Below, piece after piece: positions 10,038-20,190 of a stretch of 64,000 bases of DNA. The notes below the pieces were generated by a model, which saw only the letters and a program-made list of their open reading frames with translations, did not search any database and had not been told where the DNA came from. Within the stretch, counting starts at the first letter, position 1. Each line of letters opens with the position of its first letter. Origin of the DNA: Acidimicrobiia bacterium (GTDB taxonomy: Bacteria; Actinomycetota; Acidimicrobiia; Spongiisociales; UBA11373); NCBI GenBank assembly GCA_029263095.1, contig JAJCYA010000002.1, positions 32,511 to 96,510 on the forward strand, written 5' to 3'. The translations under genes and the position numbers were made by a program.

Positions 10038-11419
10038 TCCTCTGAGATTGGCAGGGTGAACCCGACTATGGCGCCACCCTCATCGGCATTTCGGGCGAAG
10101 ACCTCGCCGCCATGATCCTTGGTCACGGCGGCCACGATGGAGAGACCGAGACCCGATCCGGGTCGAGATCGGGCTTGTGGGGACCGGTAGAACCGCTCGA
10201 AGACATGGTCGATGTCCGCCTCAGGTATTCCGGGGCCATGATCTCTGACGGAGAATTCGTGGCCGCGGAGTCGGATCTCGATCTGCTCGCCCTCGCTCCC
10301 CCACTTTGACGCGTTTTCGAGGAGGTTGGAAACGGATCTCAGGAGTCTGTCTGGTGCACCGTTGATGATGGTTCTCTCCAGGTCGACTGCAACCTCGAGT
10401 CCGCTGCGTCGCTTGAGTCGCTCGATCGCCTGTTCCACTACCGCACTCAGGTCGAGCTCGACCTGAGTCTCCTCGTCACGACCGATGGTGGCGAGATCGA
10501 CGAGTTCACTCACAAGGTGCGACAGCTCGCCCACCTCCGAGGTGAGGTCGGCCAGTAACTCTTCGCGCTCGTCACCCTCTACTGCTCCCAAGGCCAGCAA
10601 CTCGATATTGGTGCGAACACTGGTGAGAGGCGTCCGCAACTCGTGCGAGGCGTCTGTCACCAAGCGCTGCTGACTGGTCCGTGCTTCTTCGAGTGCTGCA
10701 AGCATCCCATTGAATGCATCGCCCAATCGACCGAGCTCGTCACCCCGATCGACCTCGATTCGCGCACCGAGTTCGTGCGTCTCCGCGACGTGTTCCGCGG
10801 CGTCTGTCAACAAGCCGACCGGCCGCAAGCTGCGACCCGCGATCAACCAGGCAATCATCGCCGCGATTGCGACACCACCGATTCCGAGCAAGCTCAGTCG
10901 GAGCCGGAGTCCGGACAGGATTTCGTCGGTCGCGGTGACATCGCGCCCAACCTGGATCGCAACGCCTGGACCGACTGGCCGAGTCAGCATCCGATAGTGA
11001 ACACCGGCGACATCGGCATCCCGAAGGTAGTCGACACCCCCTTCGGCGGCGATCACCAGGTCGCGTTCGTCGACGGGGAGAACGACCGCAGATAGACCTA
11101 TCGTCACGATCGTCCCGCTCGACTCTACGAATTGAGCGATTGCGTCCTCGCGGATTACTTCACCGAAAGGTGTCAGCGATGAGCCGGAGACAGGACCTTG
11201 GTTGCCCCCCAGAACCTGCCCTCGGCCTGGTCTGTTGCGAAACTCATCAAACTCGAGAGCACTAATGAGGCCAACCGTGGGACCCCGCTCCCGAAGGAAA
11301 TCATCGACCTCGCCGCGCGCCTCGTCGCTTGCAAACCCGTATGAGAACAGAGCGACAACGGTCACCGCCATGCCGACTGCTACGACGATGAAGGCTGCGA
11401 GCCTGGCGCGCAGATTCAT
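10034..11419 (-). CDS. HAMP-domain sensor histidine kinase, MprB-like
   Basis: Two TMs, HAMP ([11 protein letters not shown]), H-box [40 protein letters not shown]; ATGA overlap with the regulator. Confidence 0.93.
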   Translation of the reverse strand: MNLRARLAAFIVVAVGMAVTVVALFSYGFASDEARGEVDDFLRERGPTVGLISALEFDEFRNRPGRGQVLGGNQGPVSGSSLTPFGEVIREDAIAQFVESSGTIVTIGLSAVVLPVDERDLVIAAEGGVDYLRDADVAGVHYRMLTRPVGPGVAIQVGRDVTATDEILSGLRLRLSLLGIGGVAIAAMIAWLIAGRSLRPVGLLTDAAEHVAETHELGARIEVDRGDELGRLGDAFNGMLAALEEARTSQQRLVTDASHELRTPLTSVRTNIELLALGAVEGDEREELLADLTSEVGELSHLVSELVDLATIGRDEETQVELDLSAVVEQAIERLKRRSGLEVAVDLERTIINGAPDRLLRSVSNLLENASKWGSEGEQIEIRLRGHEFSVRDHGPGIPEADIDHVFERFYRSPQARSRPGSGLGLSIVAAVTKDHGGEVFARNADEGGAIVGFTLPISEE

Positions 11420-12096
11420 TGCCGACGCGCTACGTACCCGACGCCGCGAACGGTGTGGATCAGTCGTGGCTCGCCTTCCCCTTCCGTCTTTCGCCGCAGA
11501 TACCCGACGTAGACGTCGAGAGAGTTCGACGACGTGGCGAAATCGAACCCCCAAATGCGGTCATAGATCGTGTCGCGCGACAGCACGATGCCGGAATTCA
11601 TGAGGAGCAACTCGAGAAGATCAAACTCTGTCTTGGTCAGATCCACGGGTCGTTCGCCCCTGGCGACGGTCCGCGCCGCCGGGTCGAGTGTGAGATCTGC
11701 CAGGCGAAGCAGACCGGAATCCGGCGGGACCTCGCGGCGTCGCAGGAGCGCACGCACACGTGCCAGCAGCTCCTCGAGGGCAAACGGCTTTGTGAGGTAG
11801 TCGTCGGCGCCCGCGTCGAGTCCTGCGACCCGATCCGCCAGTTCATGCTTGGCTGTGAGCATCAGGATCGGCGTGGCGTCGCCGGCAGCACGCATCTTCC
11901 GGCACACGGCCATGCCGTCGAGTACCGGCATCATGATGTCGAGGACAATCGCATCCGGCGGCTCCTTGGCCGCTTCCACCAGTGCGCGCTCGCCGTTCTC
12001 GGCCGTGACGACGTCGTAGCCCTCGAACTTGAGGGCGCGTTCAACCGACCGTCGCACCGCGTCGTCGTCTTCGGCGATCAGCACTCTGTGTGTCAC
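11416..12096 (-). CDS. OmpR/PhoB-family response regulator, MprA-like
   Basis: [42 protein letters not shown]. Confidence 0.95.
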   Translation of the reverse strand: MTHRVLIAEDDDAVRRSVERALKFEGYDVVTAENGERALVEAAKEPPDAIVLDIMMPVLDGMAVCRKMRAAGDATPILMLTAKHELADRVAGLDAGADDYLTKPFALEELLARVRALLRRREVPPDSGLLRLADLTLDPAARTVARGERPVDLTKTEFDLLELLLMNSGIVLSRDTIYDRIWGFDFATSSNSLDVYVGYLRRKTEGEGEPRLIHTVRGVGYVARRQ

Positions 12097-12118
12097 GGTT
12101 GCAGCGTACCGACTGATC

Positions 12119-12158
12119 GTGAGAGCCCCGTGAATGGACTGTGAAACGCTGGTGAGAG
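12119..12158 (-). promoter_or_regulatory. Four direct repeats at 11-bp period, putative response-regulator binding array
   Basis: GTGA at + positions 12119, 12130, 12141 and 12152 (minus strand CTCTCAC/GTTTCAC/CATTCAC/CTCTCAC), just upstream of the regulator's TACGCT-N6-GTG. Confidence 0.65.
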
Positions 12159-12234
12159 GATTCCTCCGGCACTGAACCGATGTGGCGACTCCCGCGGAGC
12201 GAGATCCGGCGGAGTCTGTAGTTAGGGTTCGGCA

Positions 12235-12705
12235 ATGAGCCTCTACTCCAGGTTCCTTCGAGCGGTCGGCGGACAGAACTGGTTCGCAGCCGTTGCTGCT
12301 CGGACGGTCCCTCGGCTCGACCGCGTCGTCTACCGACTTACCCGAGGCCGCAGGCTGGCGACTCCCCCTTCGGTTCCCACATTCTTTCTCACAACAACCG
12401 GCCGACGCTCCGGGGAGTCCCGGACCGTTGCGGTTTCCTATGTCGAAGACGGCGGCGACTTCGTCGTCGTCGGCTCCAACTGGGGCAAGGCGACAACCCC
12501 CGAGTGGGCATTGAATCTTGCTGCCAACCCTCGAGCATCCGTTGAGATCGGTGGGGAGGAGACCTCCGTCGAGGCGCTGTTGGTGCCGGTCGGCGAGCGA
12601 GACGCCTTGTGGGAGGCGTTCGGATCCATGTGGCCCGCATACGCGGTGTACCGGCGGCGAGCGAAGGACCGGGTCGTACAGATGTTCCGGCTGGTATCGA
12701 CCTGA
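12235..12705 (+). CDS. Deazaflavin (F420)-dependent nitroreductase family protein (Ddn-like)
   Basis: [41 protein letters not shown]; TAGGGT-N6-ATG. Confidence 0.9.
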   Translation: MSLYSRFLRAVGGQNWFAAVAARTVPRLDRVVYRLTRGRRLATPPSVPTFFLTTTGRRSGESRTVAVSYVEDGGDFVVVGSNWGKATTPEWALNLAANPRASVEIGGEETSVEALLVPVGERDALWEAFGSMWPAYAVYRRRAKDRVVQMFRLVST

Positions 12706-12799
12706 AATACCCCCCGACGCGGCATCGCGACGAGCTTGGTTGATCTTCAGTCGCTGGGACCGGCGGAATAGGCGGCGGGTGGGATTGATTGATACGTCT

Positions 12800-13477
12800 G
12801 TGTCCAGCGATCTCGAGTTTGTCTACGTCGGCGACCCCATGTGCTCCTGGTGCTGGGGTTTTGCACCAGTTCTGGATCGCATGCAGGCCGTCTACGACAT
12901 CCCGATCCGAGTCGTCGTCGGCGGGTTGCGTCCCGGGCCCGACGCAGATGTCCTCGACGATCGACTCGAATCCTTCCTGGCCCATCACTGGCACCAGGTC
13001 GAAGAAGCGTCGGACCAGCCGTTCGACGACGAGTTTCTGAAGCGGCGTGATGGGTGGCGTTACGACACCGAAATGCCGGCCATCGCCGTCGTAACCATGC
13101 GCTCCCTGGATGAGAAGGCCGTGCTTCCATTTCACAGTCGGTTGCAGCGTGCGTTCTACGCCGAAGGGATCGACATCACCGATCCGGACAACTATCCGGC
13201 ACTCCTCGAGGACTATACGGTGGACCACGAGGAATTCATGTCGCGGCTTCAGACAAGCGAGATGCGCGAACTGGCATGGGCCGACTTTGCCGAAGCGCGT
13301 TCGTTGGGCGTTGCCGGCTTCCCTTCTCTCCTCGTGTTCGACGGCGAACAGTACGGCGTGGTGACGAGAGGATTCCAACCTGCGGAGAGCTTGCTTCCAG
13401 CCCTCTCCGATTGGCTGCTGAACCGATACACCGACACCGGTGAGGGTTTGTTCTGCGAGCCGGGTGTCACCTGCTGA
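12800..13477 (+). CDS. DsbA family thioredoxin-fold protein
   Basis: [29 protein letters not shown]-terminal CEPGVTC; start uncertain (12785 or 12800). Confidence 0.88.
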   Translation: MSSDLEFVYVGDPMCSWCWGFAPVLDRMQAVYDIPIRVVVGGLRPGPDADVLDDRLESFLAHHWHQVEEASDQPFDDEFLKRRDGWRYDTEMPAIAVVTMRSLDEKAVLPFHSRLQRAFYAEGIDITDPDNYPALLEDYTVDHEEFMSRLQTSEMRELAWADFAEARSLGVAGFPSLLVFDGEQYGVVTRGFQPAESLLPALSDWLLNRYTDTGEGLFCEPGVTC

Positions 13478-13520
13478 CCACGGGCTGGCAGTTTGAAGCG
13501 AAGCTCAGACGTGGGATCTG

Positions 13521-14351
13521 TCAGTTGGAGCCGAGGAAGTCGAGCAGAAGCGCCGTCAGTTCATCGCCGTGCGTTCCAAAAAGGTCGGTCGCGTGAGCGG
13601 CGCCGGAGTAGATCATGATCTCCTTGGGCTCCGGCGACGCATCGAACACCGCCTGGATCATCCCCGGGATGGGTCCATCGCCATCGGCGGCGATGAAGAG
13701 CTTCGGCTCTGCGACCTGGGGAGCCAGCGCCACGGCATCTACCCCATCGACATCTGAAGGCCCTGCAAGGTTTACGACACCCGCCAGGTCGTTGGCGGCA
13801 CCGACCGCCATCGCTCCCACGCCGTTGACGGACGCCCCGAAGAAGAAGACGCGCGGGGCGCCTTCTCGGCGAATGAAGTCGACCGCGGCCTGGGCATCAA
13901 CGTCCACCTTGAATGGAATCTGATCGCCCTCCGATCCGCCATGCCCCCGCATGTTGTAGGCCAAGGCGGTGAAACCCTCAGCGGCGAGCACCTCGGCGAA
14001 TGGGAACCAGGTCTCCATTTCCGCCAGTCCCATCGCCCCGAGCACGATGGCGTCGCCGCCTGCTCCAAAGACCGTCCCTTCCAGAGTCAGGCCGTCACTC
14101 GTCGCAAAGGTGACACGCTGCGGACCGGGGACTGTTCCAGATGTTGTTGCCGGCGCCTCAGTGGTGGTGCCCTCATCCGCCGCCGTCGAGGCCGTCGAGG
14201 CCGTCGAAGCCGTGGAAGCCGTGGAAGCCGTAGTGGTCTGCACTGCGGTGTCGCCGGTGCTCGCGACGGTGGGAGCCGACTCATCGGTGCCGCCTCCGCA
14301 GCCGGCGACCACAAGGGCGAACGCAGCGACGATTAGAGATCGGCGGATCAT
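13521..14351 (-). CDS. Lipoprotein alpha/beta hydrolase
   Basis: MIRRSLIVAAFALVVAGC lipobox, Thr/Ser stalk, YNMRGHGGS, nucleophile GASVNG, AAHAT; GGAG RBS. Confidence 0.85.
   Translation of the reverse strand: MIRRSLIVAAFALVVAGCGGGTDESAPTVASTGDTAVQTTTASTASTASTASTASTAADEGTTTEAPATTSGTVPGPQRVTFATSDGLTLEGTVFGAGGDAIVLGAMGLAEMETWFPFAEVLAAEGFTALAYNMRGHGGSEGDQIPFKVDVDAQAAVDFIRREGAPRVFFFGASVNGVGAMAVGAANDLAGVVNLAGPSDVDGVDAVALAPQVAEPKLFIAADGDGPIPGMIQAVFDASPEPKEIMIYSGAAHATDLFGTHGDELTALLLDFLGSN
14182..14231. repeat. 9-bp tandem repeat (about 5.5 copies) encoding (STA)n
   Basis: gccgtcgag gccgtcgag gccgtcgaa gccgtggaa gccgtggaa gccgt. Confidence 0.85.
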
Positions 14352-14530
14352 CTCGATTCTCCTGTGTGGTCGGCGCATCGGGCATCCTAGACGCCACGCC
14401 TGGGGCGGCATCCCAGACAGAACGCCGGTCGTCCGCTGGGGGCAGAGGCCGCTAGGGAGGACGAGTCGATCCGCGTTTCGAACCCAGGCACTCTCGGTAC
14501 CGGTCCGACGCCCGCCTCGCGGCCGTGTTC

Positions 14531-15352
14531 TCAGGGGCTCGTCGTTCCGCCGGTGGCGTTCGTAGTCGTCGTCGTTCGTTGGGTGACGGTCGTGGTAGTA
14601 GTCGAGGTGGATGTGGTCGTGGATGTGGTCGCCCTCGAAGTGGTCGTCGTCGGTATCGGCCTCGTCGTAGTCGTCGTCGTAGTTGTGGGCCGGACTGTGG
14701 TCGACGGGCAGGTACATGGGGTGTCCGGATCGCGTGGATCTCGAAGCGGGTTTCCGCAGTAACACCGAACGCGGGGCCGATCCTCATCGTCGACCATGAC
14801 GGCGGTACCGGCAGGCAGGATAGTTTGGCGTTCGGTAACGGCACCGTTGCTAAAGCCGTGGTTGGTCACCCGGGTGTCTGTCAGGAGGATCGTCGGCGTG
14901 AGGCCCCGGACGAAGTCCGGGATCTGATCGACTGGAATCCCTTGCACGCCAGCCCACGCCGCGGCCTTGTCGGGTTCACTCATGAGGTAGGCAATGAGCA
15001 ATTCGGGCACACAAGTCTCCGCCAGGCTTCCCCCGTACAGCCCTACTTCGCTCGGAAGGGGTGGATTCACCGAGGTGGTGGTCGTCGTCCCCGTCAGAAA
15101 GACCCGATCAGCGAGCGCCATGAAGGCATCGGGGCCCTCGTCATTGGGTCGTTCGTAGAGCACCGCGTAGCCGGTCGAGTTGTCGGCGATGTCGCCACCA
15201 TCTCGGATCAGCAGCAACGCAACTACGCCAACCAAAAGCGCCCCGATAGCGAACGCCATACCGGCAATCACCCAAGCCGGTACGCCCAATGGCCCCGGCT
15301 GTTGTCGCGGTGGCGTGGGGGGAGGAAGATCTCGGTCGAAGGTCTCGCTCAT
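14531..15352 (-). CDS. DUF6777-like domain membrane protein with C-terminal Thr-rich tail
   Basis: GLYGGS..C...KAAAWAGV.....LTPTILLTDTRVTNHGF....QTILPAGTAVMVD...PRVRCYCGNPL. Confidence 0.8.
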   Translation of the reverse strand: MSETFDRDLPPPTPPRQQPGPLGVPAWVIAGMAFAIGALLVGVVALLLIRDGGDIADNSTGYAVLYERPNDEGPDAFMALADRVFLTGTTTTTSVNPPLPSEVGLYGGSLAETCVPELLIAYLMSEPDKAAAWAGVQGIPVDQIPDFVRGLTPTILLTDTRVTNHGFSNGAVTERQTILPAGTAVMVDDEDRPRVRCYCGNPLRDPRDPDTPCTCPSTTVRPTTTTTTTTRPIPTTTTSRATTSTTTSTSTTTTTVTQRTTTTTNATGGTTSP

Positions 15353-15493
15353 CACCTTCCCTTCAGTCCCCGCAACGATACATAACCGGCGTTGTGAATG
15401 ACGGCCGGACGACAGTTGGCGCCCCAAGCTGTTGCAGCACCGCGATCCAGCAGGAATCGGCTCCGCTGGAACCTCGATTGAGTCGCCGGGTGA

Positions 15494-17320
15494 CTACACG
15501 AACCGCCAGGCCGCATTGGAGCCAACCCAGTTGCCGCTCCCCCGCTCCTGGAAGGCGCGGATGGCGTAGGTGCCGGTGTCGGACCACACCCAAGAGAAGA
15601 CCAACGAGGCACTCCCGGTGGCATCGGTGATCGTCTGGATCGGATCAGGATGAAGCGGATCCGATTGCTCAGCTTTCTCTACCTTCGACTGCGCCTTGCT
15701 GACTTCCACGACCACGGGCGCCCCGGGGTCGAAGCCCGCCAAGGTCACGCGAATCTTCGATGGGTCCCCGACGGCATCGTCCACCACCATTGCCGGAGCC
15801 TCAAGCCACCGCACCACTTCCCGATAGAAGGCGGGGTTCTCCCAGAACTGGGTGTGGCTCTTCCAACGCTTGTAGCCCGTCTCCGGCTGGTCTTCGATGT
15901 GGAAGTAGTCCAGCCGGTGGCCAAGGAAGTCGGACCATGACCACATGTTGACCCAGTGGAACCGGGCCGGCTTCTCCGGTTGATACGGCGAGAACTTGTA
16001 GGGACCGTAGGGGCGACCCGAGCGGCGTCGCCGGAAACTGGTGTGGGAGCTCAGGATCTGGGCCCGTACCCTGCGTTCTCGCTTGACGGTCTGGTGGAAG
16101 AAGTAGACGGCCTTGTCGAGCGGCGATCCAAAAGACATGAGGCCCCGCAATCGTTGGAAGGCCGCCTCTCTGGAATCCGCAGGAATGGCGGGGAGTACCG
16201 AGGGGCCCGATCTGCGGTACGCCCGGTGTTCGGATGCGATCTGGTTGATGGCGTCGTAGGCAATGACGCTACCGAGGGAATGGGCAGCCACGTAGACATC
16301 GTCGTACTGCTCGTCGCGCAGGAGTTCGGCAAGTCGCTCGGAGTTGATCCGCAAGATCTCCTGCCGCACGGTGTGGTAAGCGGACAGCTGATCGGCGCCG
16401 TCGAAGTAGATGGCCACGTCTCCAAACCAGCCGACCAAGAAGGTGGAGGCCTTCCAGGCTGCGCCTACACCCGCCGCGATCCCGAGCAGCGTAAGGAAGT
16501 CACCCCAGTCCGAGACGTCGGTGATGGCCCCGAGGGTCCGCCTGAGGGAATCGATCTTGGCGATGATCACGATCACCGGAATCACGAGTGCCCCGGTGAT
16601 GATCGACAGAATCATCCACGCTCTGAGCCGCCGCCACCTCTCCTCGAATGGAACCTTCTTCAGAGCGAGCCTCTTCTCGTACGACACCAGTCTCCCGATC
16701 CCCCATGCTCCCCAAAGTGACGCCACGAGAACCAGGCCGACCGCCATCAGGAGCATCAGCTCGACGATCGTTGCGACCCCCGGTTTGACGACAAGAAGGT
16801 TCTGCTTGATCGCCGCCCACAGATCTCCGATCTGTCCCGGGAGCCAGCTACCGAGAGCCAGCAGAGCGAGTCCGAAGAGAGGCAGCAGTGCAGCCAGCAG
16901 GATCTCGCGCAAGAAGAATCCGACCCGCCCAAGACGGCTCTGATCCGGGTTAGAGGTGAGAAGAGCGGCGTGCTGCGCCCATGCCCTCACCGGCACCATC
17001 GACGTCTTGGCCAACCACTTCAGCGTCTCTTGGAGCCTGATCCACCCTTTTGGCTTGTCGGCCCAATAGACCTCGTGCACATCGATGTTGCTGATCTTGT
17101 TTGGCCCCTGAGAGTCTTTCAGGGCGATGCCGACGTGGCTTCGCACAGTGGAGCCGACACCCGCGAGCTCATTGACGACGTGGTGTGTCAGAGAGACGTT
17201 GTGGGGAGACGTCCCGTATTGAGTCGCCAGATTACGGACGAAGTCGTCGGTGATCTGGTAGCTCCGCTGCTCTCCCATACCGTGGATGAGGAGCAGTGCG
17301 ACGTTGCGGCGAGTTGCCAT
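15494..17320 (-). CDS. Membrane-embedded alpha/beta hydrolase (lipase-like) with C-terminal beta domain
   Basis: IHGMGEQ, VYWAD, four hydrophobic segments, AHSLGS, FGSPL, D...H near the end; GGGGAGG RBS. Confidence 0.78.
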   Translation of the reverse strand: MATRRNVALLLIHGMGEQRSYQITDDFVRNLATQYGTSPHNVSLTHHVVNELAGVGSTVRSHVGIALKDSQGPNKISNIDVHEVYWADKPKGWIRLQETLKWLAKTSMVPVRAWAQHAALLTSNPDQSRLGRVGFFLREILLAALLPLFGLALLALGSWLPGQIGDLWAAIKQNLLVVKPGVATIVELMLLMAVGLVLVASLWGAWGIGRLVSYEKRLALKKVPFEERWRRLRAWMILSIITGALVIPVIVIIAKIDSLRRTLGAITDVSDWGDFLTLLGIAAGVGAAWKASTFLVGWFGDVAIYFDGADQLSAYHTVRQEILRINSERLAELLRDEQYDDVYVAAHSLGSVIAYDAINQIASEHRAYRRSGPSVLPAIPADSREAAFQRLRGLMSFGSPLDKAVYFFHQTVKRERRVRAQILSSHTSFRRRRSGRPYGPYKFSPYQPEKPARFHWVNMWSWSDFLGHRLDYFHIEDQPETGYKRWKSHTQFWENPAFYREVVRWLEAPAMVVDDAVGDPSKIRVTLAGFDPGAPVVVEVSKAQSKVEKAEQSDPLHPDPIQTITDATGSASLVFSWVWSDTGTYAIRAFQERGSGNWVGSNAAWRFV

Positions 17321-17456
17321 GCCTCCCCCGGCTCGGTCGCCAGCCAGGCTACACCGCCGACCCTACGCCGGCTCAGGAGCACGGGAGGCTGGAGTGGTTT
17401 AGACGGCGTTAGCGCGTCTCTCGATAGGTTGGCGCCCGAGGAGTCGAAGGAGCCCA

Positions 17457-17711
17457 GTGGTCCTCGCAGCTGCAATTGCCGTCGCCATCGTGACACTCGC
17501 GGTTGGTTTCCTGGTGATCAGGATCTGGAGTCGGGGTGGACCCGCCCCGCCCCCGGAGCAGGGGGCCGATCCGCTGCTGGCGGCTGGACTGATCAACATC
17601 GCGGTCGGTTCGGCCTTGGTTGCGACCTTGGGTGTGCTCATGCTCATTCAGGTCGTCGTTGGGCTCGCCCTGGCGACGGTCGGGGGTCGTCGCACGCGCC
17701 GTTCGTCTTGA
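17457..17711 (+). CDS. Small two-TM hypothetical protein
   Basis: AAGGAG RBS before the GTG; two hydrophobic stretches and a basic tail. Confidence 0.55.
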   Translation: MVLAAAIAVAIVTLAVGFLVIRIWSRGGPAPPPEQGADPLLAAGLINIAVGSALVATLGVLMLIQVVVGLALATVGGRRTRRSS

Positions 17712-17797
17712 GTCCGATCCGGTCGTTCCCGACGCCCTACGTCCACCGCAGAAGGCCGGATTACGTGAGACTAGACCGTCGCAAACCCTCCGAGGTT

Positions 17798-19630
17798 CTA
17801 CGGGCACCCGGTCGGCGGGTCTAGGGGTGTTGTGAACGCGAACTCGGGGAACCCCTCGGTAGGGATGGGAAGCCGGCGTCCCTCTGCCACAACGACGCCG
17901 CCTCCGGCACGGTTGAACTGCACGTCGGCTGTGCGGTTTTCGGCGTCGAGCGTGATCGTGAGCTTGTAGGGCATCTCCATCGGGAGATATGTCCCGGCTG
18001 TTCCGATGGTTCCGGTGCTGACGAGGTCGGTCTCGCCAACTGCATCGTCCATCTGAAGGTCGAACGTCGCGGACATGCTGATCTCAGCACCCCCAGGAGT
18101 CCCATCAAAGGTGAATTCTCCGGTCCACGAGGTGCCGTCACACGATCGAGCGTTGACGGTGGCGGTCTGCCCGGACTGAGAACGCGACCAATCGAAGGCG
18201 TATCCCGTTCCGATGGTGACACTCGTGTCTCGCCTGACGTTGTAGCCGAATCGTGATGCTTCGAAGGTGAGCGTCTCGGTACCGGGATCCCCCGATGTGT
18301 AGGTGCTCGTCCAACGGCCGTCGGTACCAGTGGGACCCAGCTTCGGGGCAACGGATCCAAGCTTGGCACCCTCCACGGTCACGATGGCGCTCACAACCGG
18401 ACGGTCATTCCAGTCCAGCACGGTCGCATTGAAGGAGAGTGTGTCTCCATCGGCCTCGAGCGCTCCGGATGTTGGATCCACGGTCAGCTTGAGACAAAAC
18501 TCATCCGCCCCTGGGATGGACGGCGAGATGGGACTCTTCATCGACTCGGCGATCAACTCGGTGTCGTCGGCGACCTTCTCGGGATCACTGAACTCGTCGA
18601 GAGCCTCCTGAAACCCGTCGTCGGACCAGGTCACGTCCTTGTCCACAGAGACCGTCATCTCGCCATTCTCCGTCTCAAACGTGTGCGTGTACCGATCGCC
18701 ATCTTCGCTCGCGTAGTCGGTTTCCGTGCCGGGCATATCAGAGCCGCTCTTGGTGTACCCAATCGTGTAGTCGCCGACTGTGACCGAGACGCTGACTGTG
18801 ATGGAGCCGTCGGCGTCGCGCCGCACCGTGGTCTTCCGAGACTGCTCCGACGTCTCCACGCCCTTCGGGCCGTCGGTCGTCACTCCAGTAGCAGTAGCGA
18901 CTCCGCCTTCGCGGGCTCCATCCTCGCCCCAGCACACGTCGTGATAGGCCTCGCCTTCGGTGTGAGCGGTGACTCGCTCCCCGGTCTCGGAGTCCGTGAT
19001 GTCGCCATCGACCGACCAGGTGGTCGTCTCCCGACCGGAGCTCTCGTCGAACGTCCTGTCTGCCTCCATGCCAACGGTTCCACTCTTGGTCCCTTCGGCG
19101 ACTGTTCTTGTCTCGCTGACCGGGTCGAGCAGGAGTCCGTAAGCGGCCGCAGCGTCAGGCCGATGCCTGGTGGAGGCGCGTGGTGACAACGGTCCCGATC
19201 CTGCGGCAGAGGCGGCGGCAGCGCGCAGATCGGTCGCCAAGGCCCGAAGAGCCTCTCTTTCCAAGCGAGAGCCGATCTGTGTCGGGTTGCTCGTCGCCAG
19301 AATGCCCGACCAATCGAGCTGGGACAGTGCGCCTACGACATCGGTCGCAGTGGCCGGTGAGGGGGTCCGGGCGGTGCCCTCAATCAGAACCTCGGCGGCG
19401 ATAGCAGCGAAGATGTCGACTGCATCGCCTGACTCGACGCGCTCGGCCGCGCTACGCAGCCCAGATGCGGTCGTCGCAGGGATATCGACCGGCGGATCGG
19501 AACCGTCCGGAGACCCTGAGGACTCCGGTGTGCCAGCCGAGCACGCTGCCGTCAGCAACACCAGCGCGAGCAGCGAGGTCCACCACCCGCCTTCCACGTT
19601 CACCGACGTCACAGCACCCATGCGCCGCAT
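17798..19630 (-). CDS. Lipoprotein with Ig-like (invasin/Big-1-like) domain
   Basis: Lipobox LLTAAC; LEADGDT.SFNATVLDWNDRPV...TGTDGRWTSTYTS..PGTETLTF; start at 19630 or 19621. Confidence 0.75.
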   Translation of the reverse strand: MRRMGAVTSVNVEGGWWTSLLALVLLTAACSAGTPESSGSPDGSDPPVDIPATTASGLRSAAERVESGDAVDIFAAIAAEVLIEGTARTPSPATATDVVGALSQLDWSGILATSNPTQIGSRLEREALRALATDLRAAAASAAGSGPLSPRASTRHRPDAAAAYGLLLDPVSETRTVAEGTKSGTVGMEADRTFDESSGRETTTWSVDGDITDSETGERVTAHTEGEAYHDVCWGEDGAREGGVATATGVTTDGPKGVETSEQSRKTTVRRDADGSITVSVSVTVGDYTIGYTKSGSDMPGTETDYASEDGDRYTHTFETENGEMTVSVDKDVTWSDDGFQEALDEFSDPEKVADDTELIAESMKSPISPSIPGADEFCLKLTVDPTSGALEADGDTLSFNATVLDWNDRPVVSAIVTVEGAKLGSVAPKLGPTGTDGRWTSTYTSGDPGTETLTFEASRFGYNVRRDTSVTIGTGYAFDWSRSQSGQTATVNARSCDGTSWTGEFTFDGTPGGAEISMSATFDLQMDDAVGETDLVSTGTIGTAGTYLPMEMPYKLTITLDAENRTADVQFNRAGGGVVVAEGRRLPIPTEGFPEFAFTTPLDPPTGCP

Positions 19631-19726
19631 GGTAGAGATCGCCTTGCGAGCGAGTCCGGTGCCGATGGTGGTCAATTGATCGGCTACGTGTGACGATACC
19701 CAGTAGGACCGGCTCTGGGAGGCCTG

Positions 19727-20098
19727 TTGGGGCTCTACATCCGTAGACCTCGGCGTGGCGGTATTGCTACGAAACTCGGCGTGGCGGGCATCCTGCTCGT
19801 CGCGGCCTGTTCATCGCCGGGCGCCGAGGGTTTCGACGTTGTGACTCCAGCTACAGATTCGGTGTCGACCTCGACCACGACGCCGTCTGTCACCAACGGC
19901 CCCTCAGATGCACCAGAATCGAACGGTCCGGATTCCACGGCTGCCAACCCGACAGCGGCGTTCTGTCGAGAGTCGGCGCTCCTGAGCGTCCCTCCGGTTG
20001 AATCTGGGGACTGCGGAATCATCCTGCCATTGGACAACCGACGTGGATCTTCTCATCGAACATCAGTCCGCCAGCTGCGTGGATCCTCTGTCGTTTGA
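19727..20098 (+). CDS. Possible short or truncated lipoprotein
   Basis: Basic N-terminus, LLVAAC lipobox and Ser/Thr/Pro stalk, then no recognisable domain. Confidence 0.35.
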   Translation: MGLYIRRPRRGGIATKLGVAGILLVAACSSPGAEGFDVVTPATDSVSTSTTTPSVTNGPSDAPESNGPDSTAANPTAAFCRESALLSVPPVESGDCGIILPLDNRRGSSHRTSVRQLRGSSVV

Positions 20099-20190
20099 GG
20101 ATCCCGTCGCCTACAGCCGCTGAAGGTTCGGTGTCCTCTACGGAGCTGCCACCGGCTCATAGCGAGTTGCGGGCTCCTACGATCCCCCCC

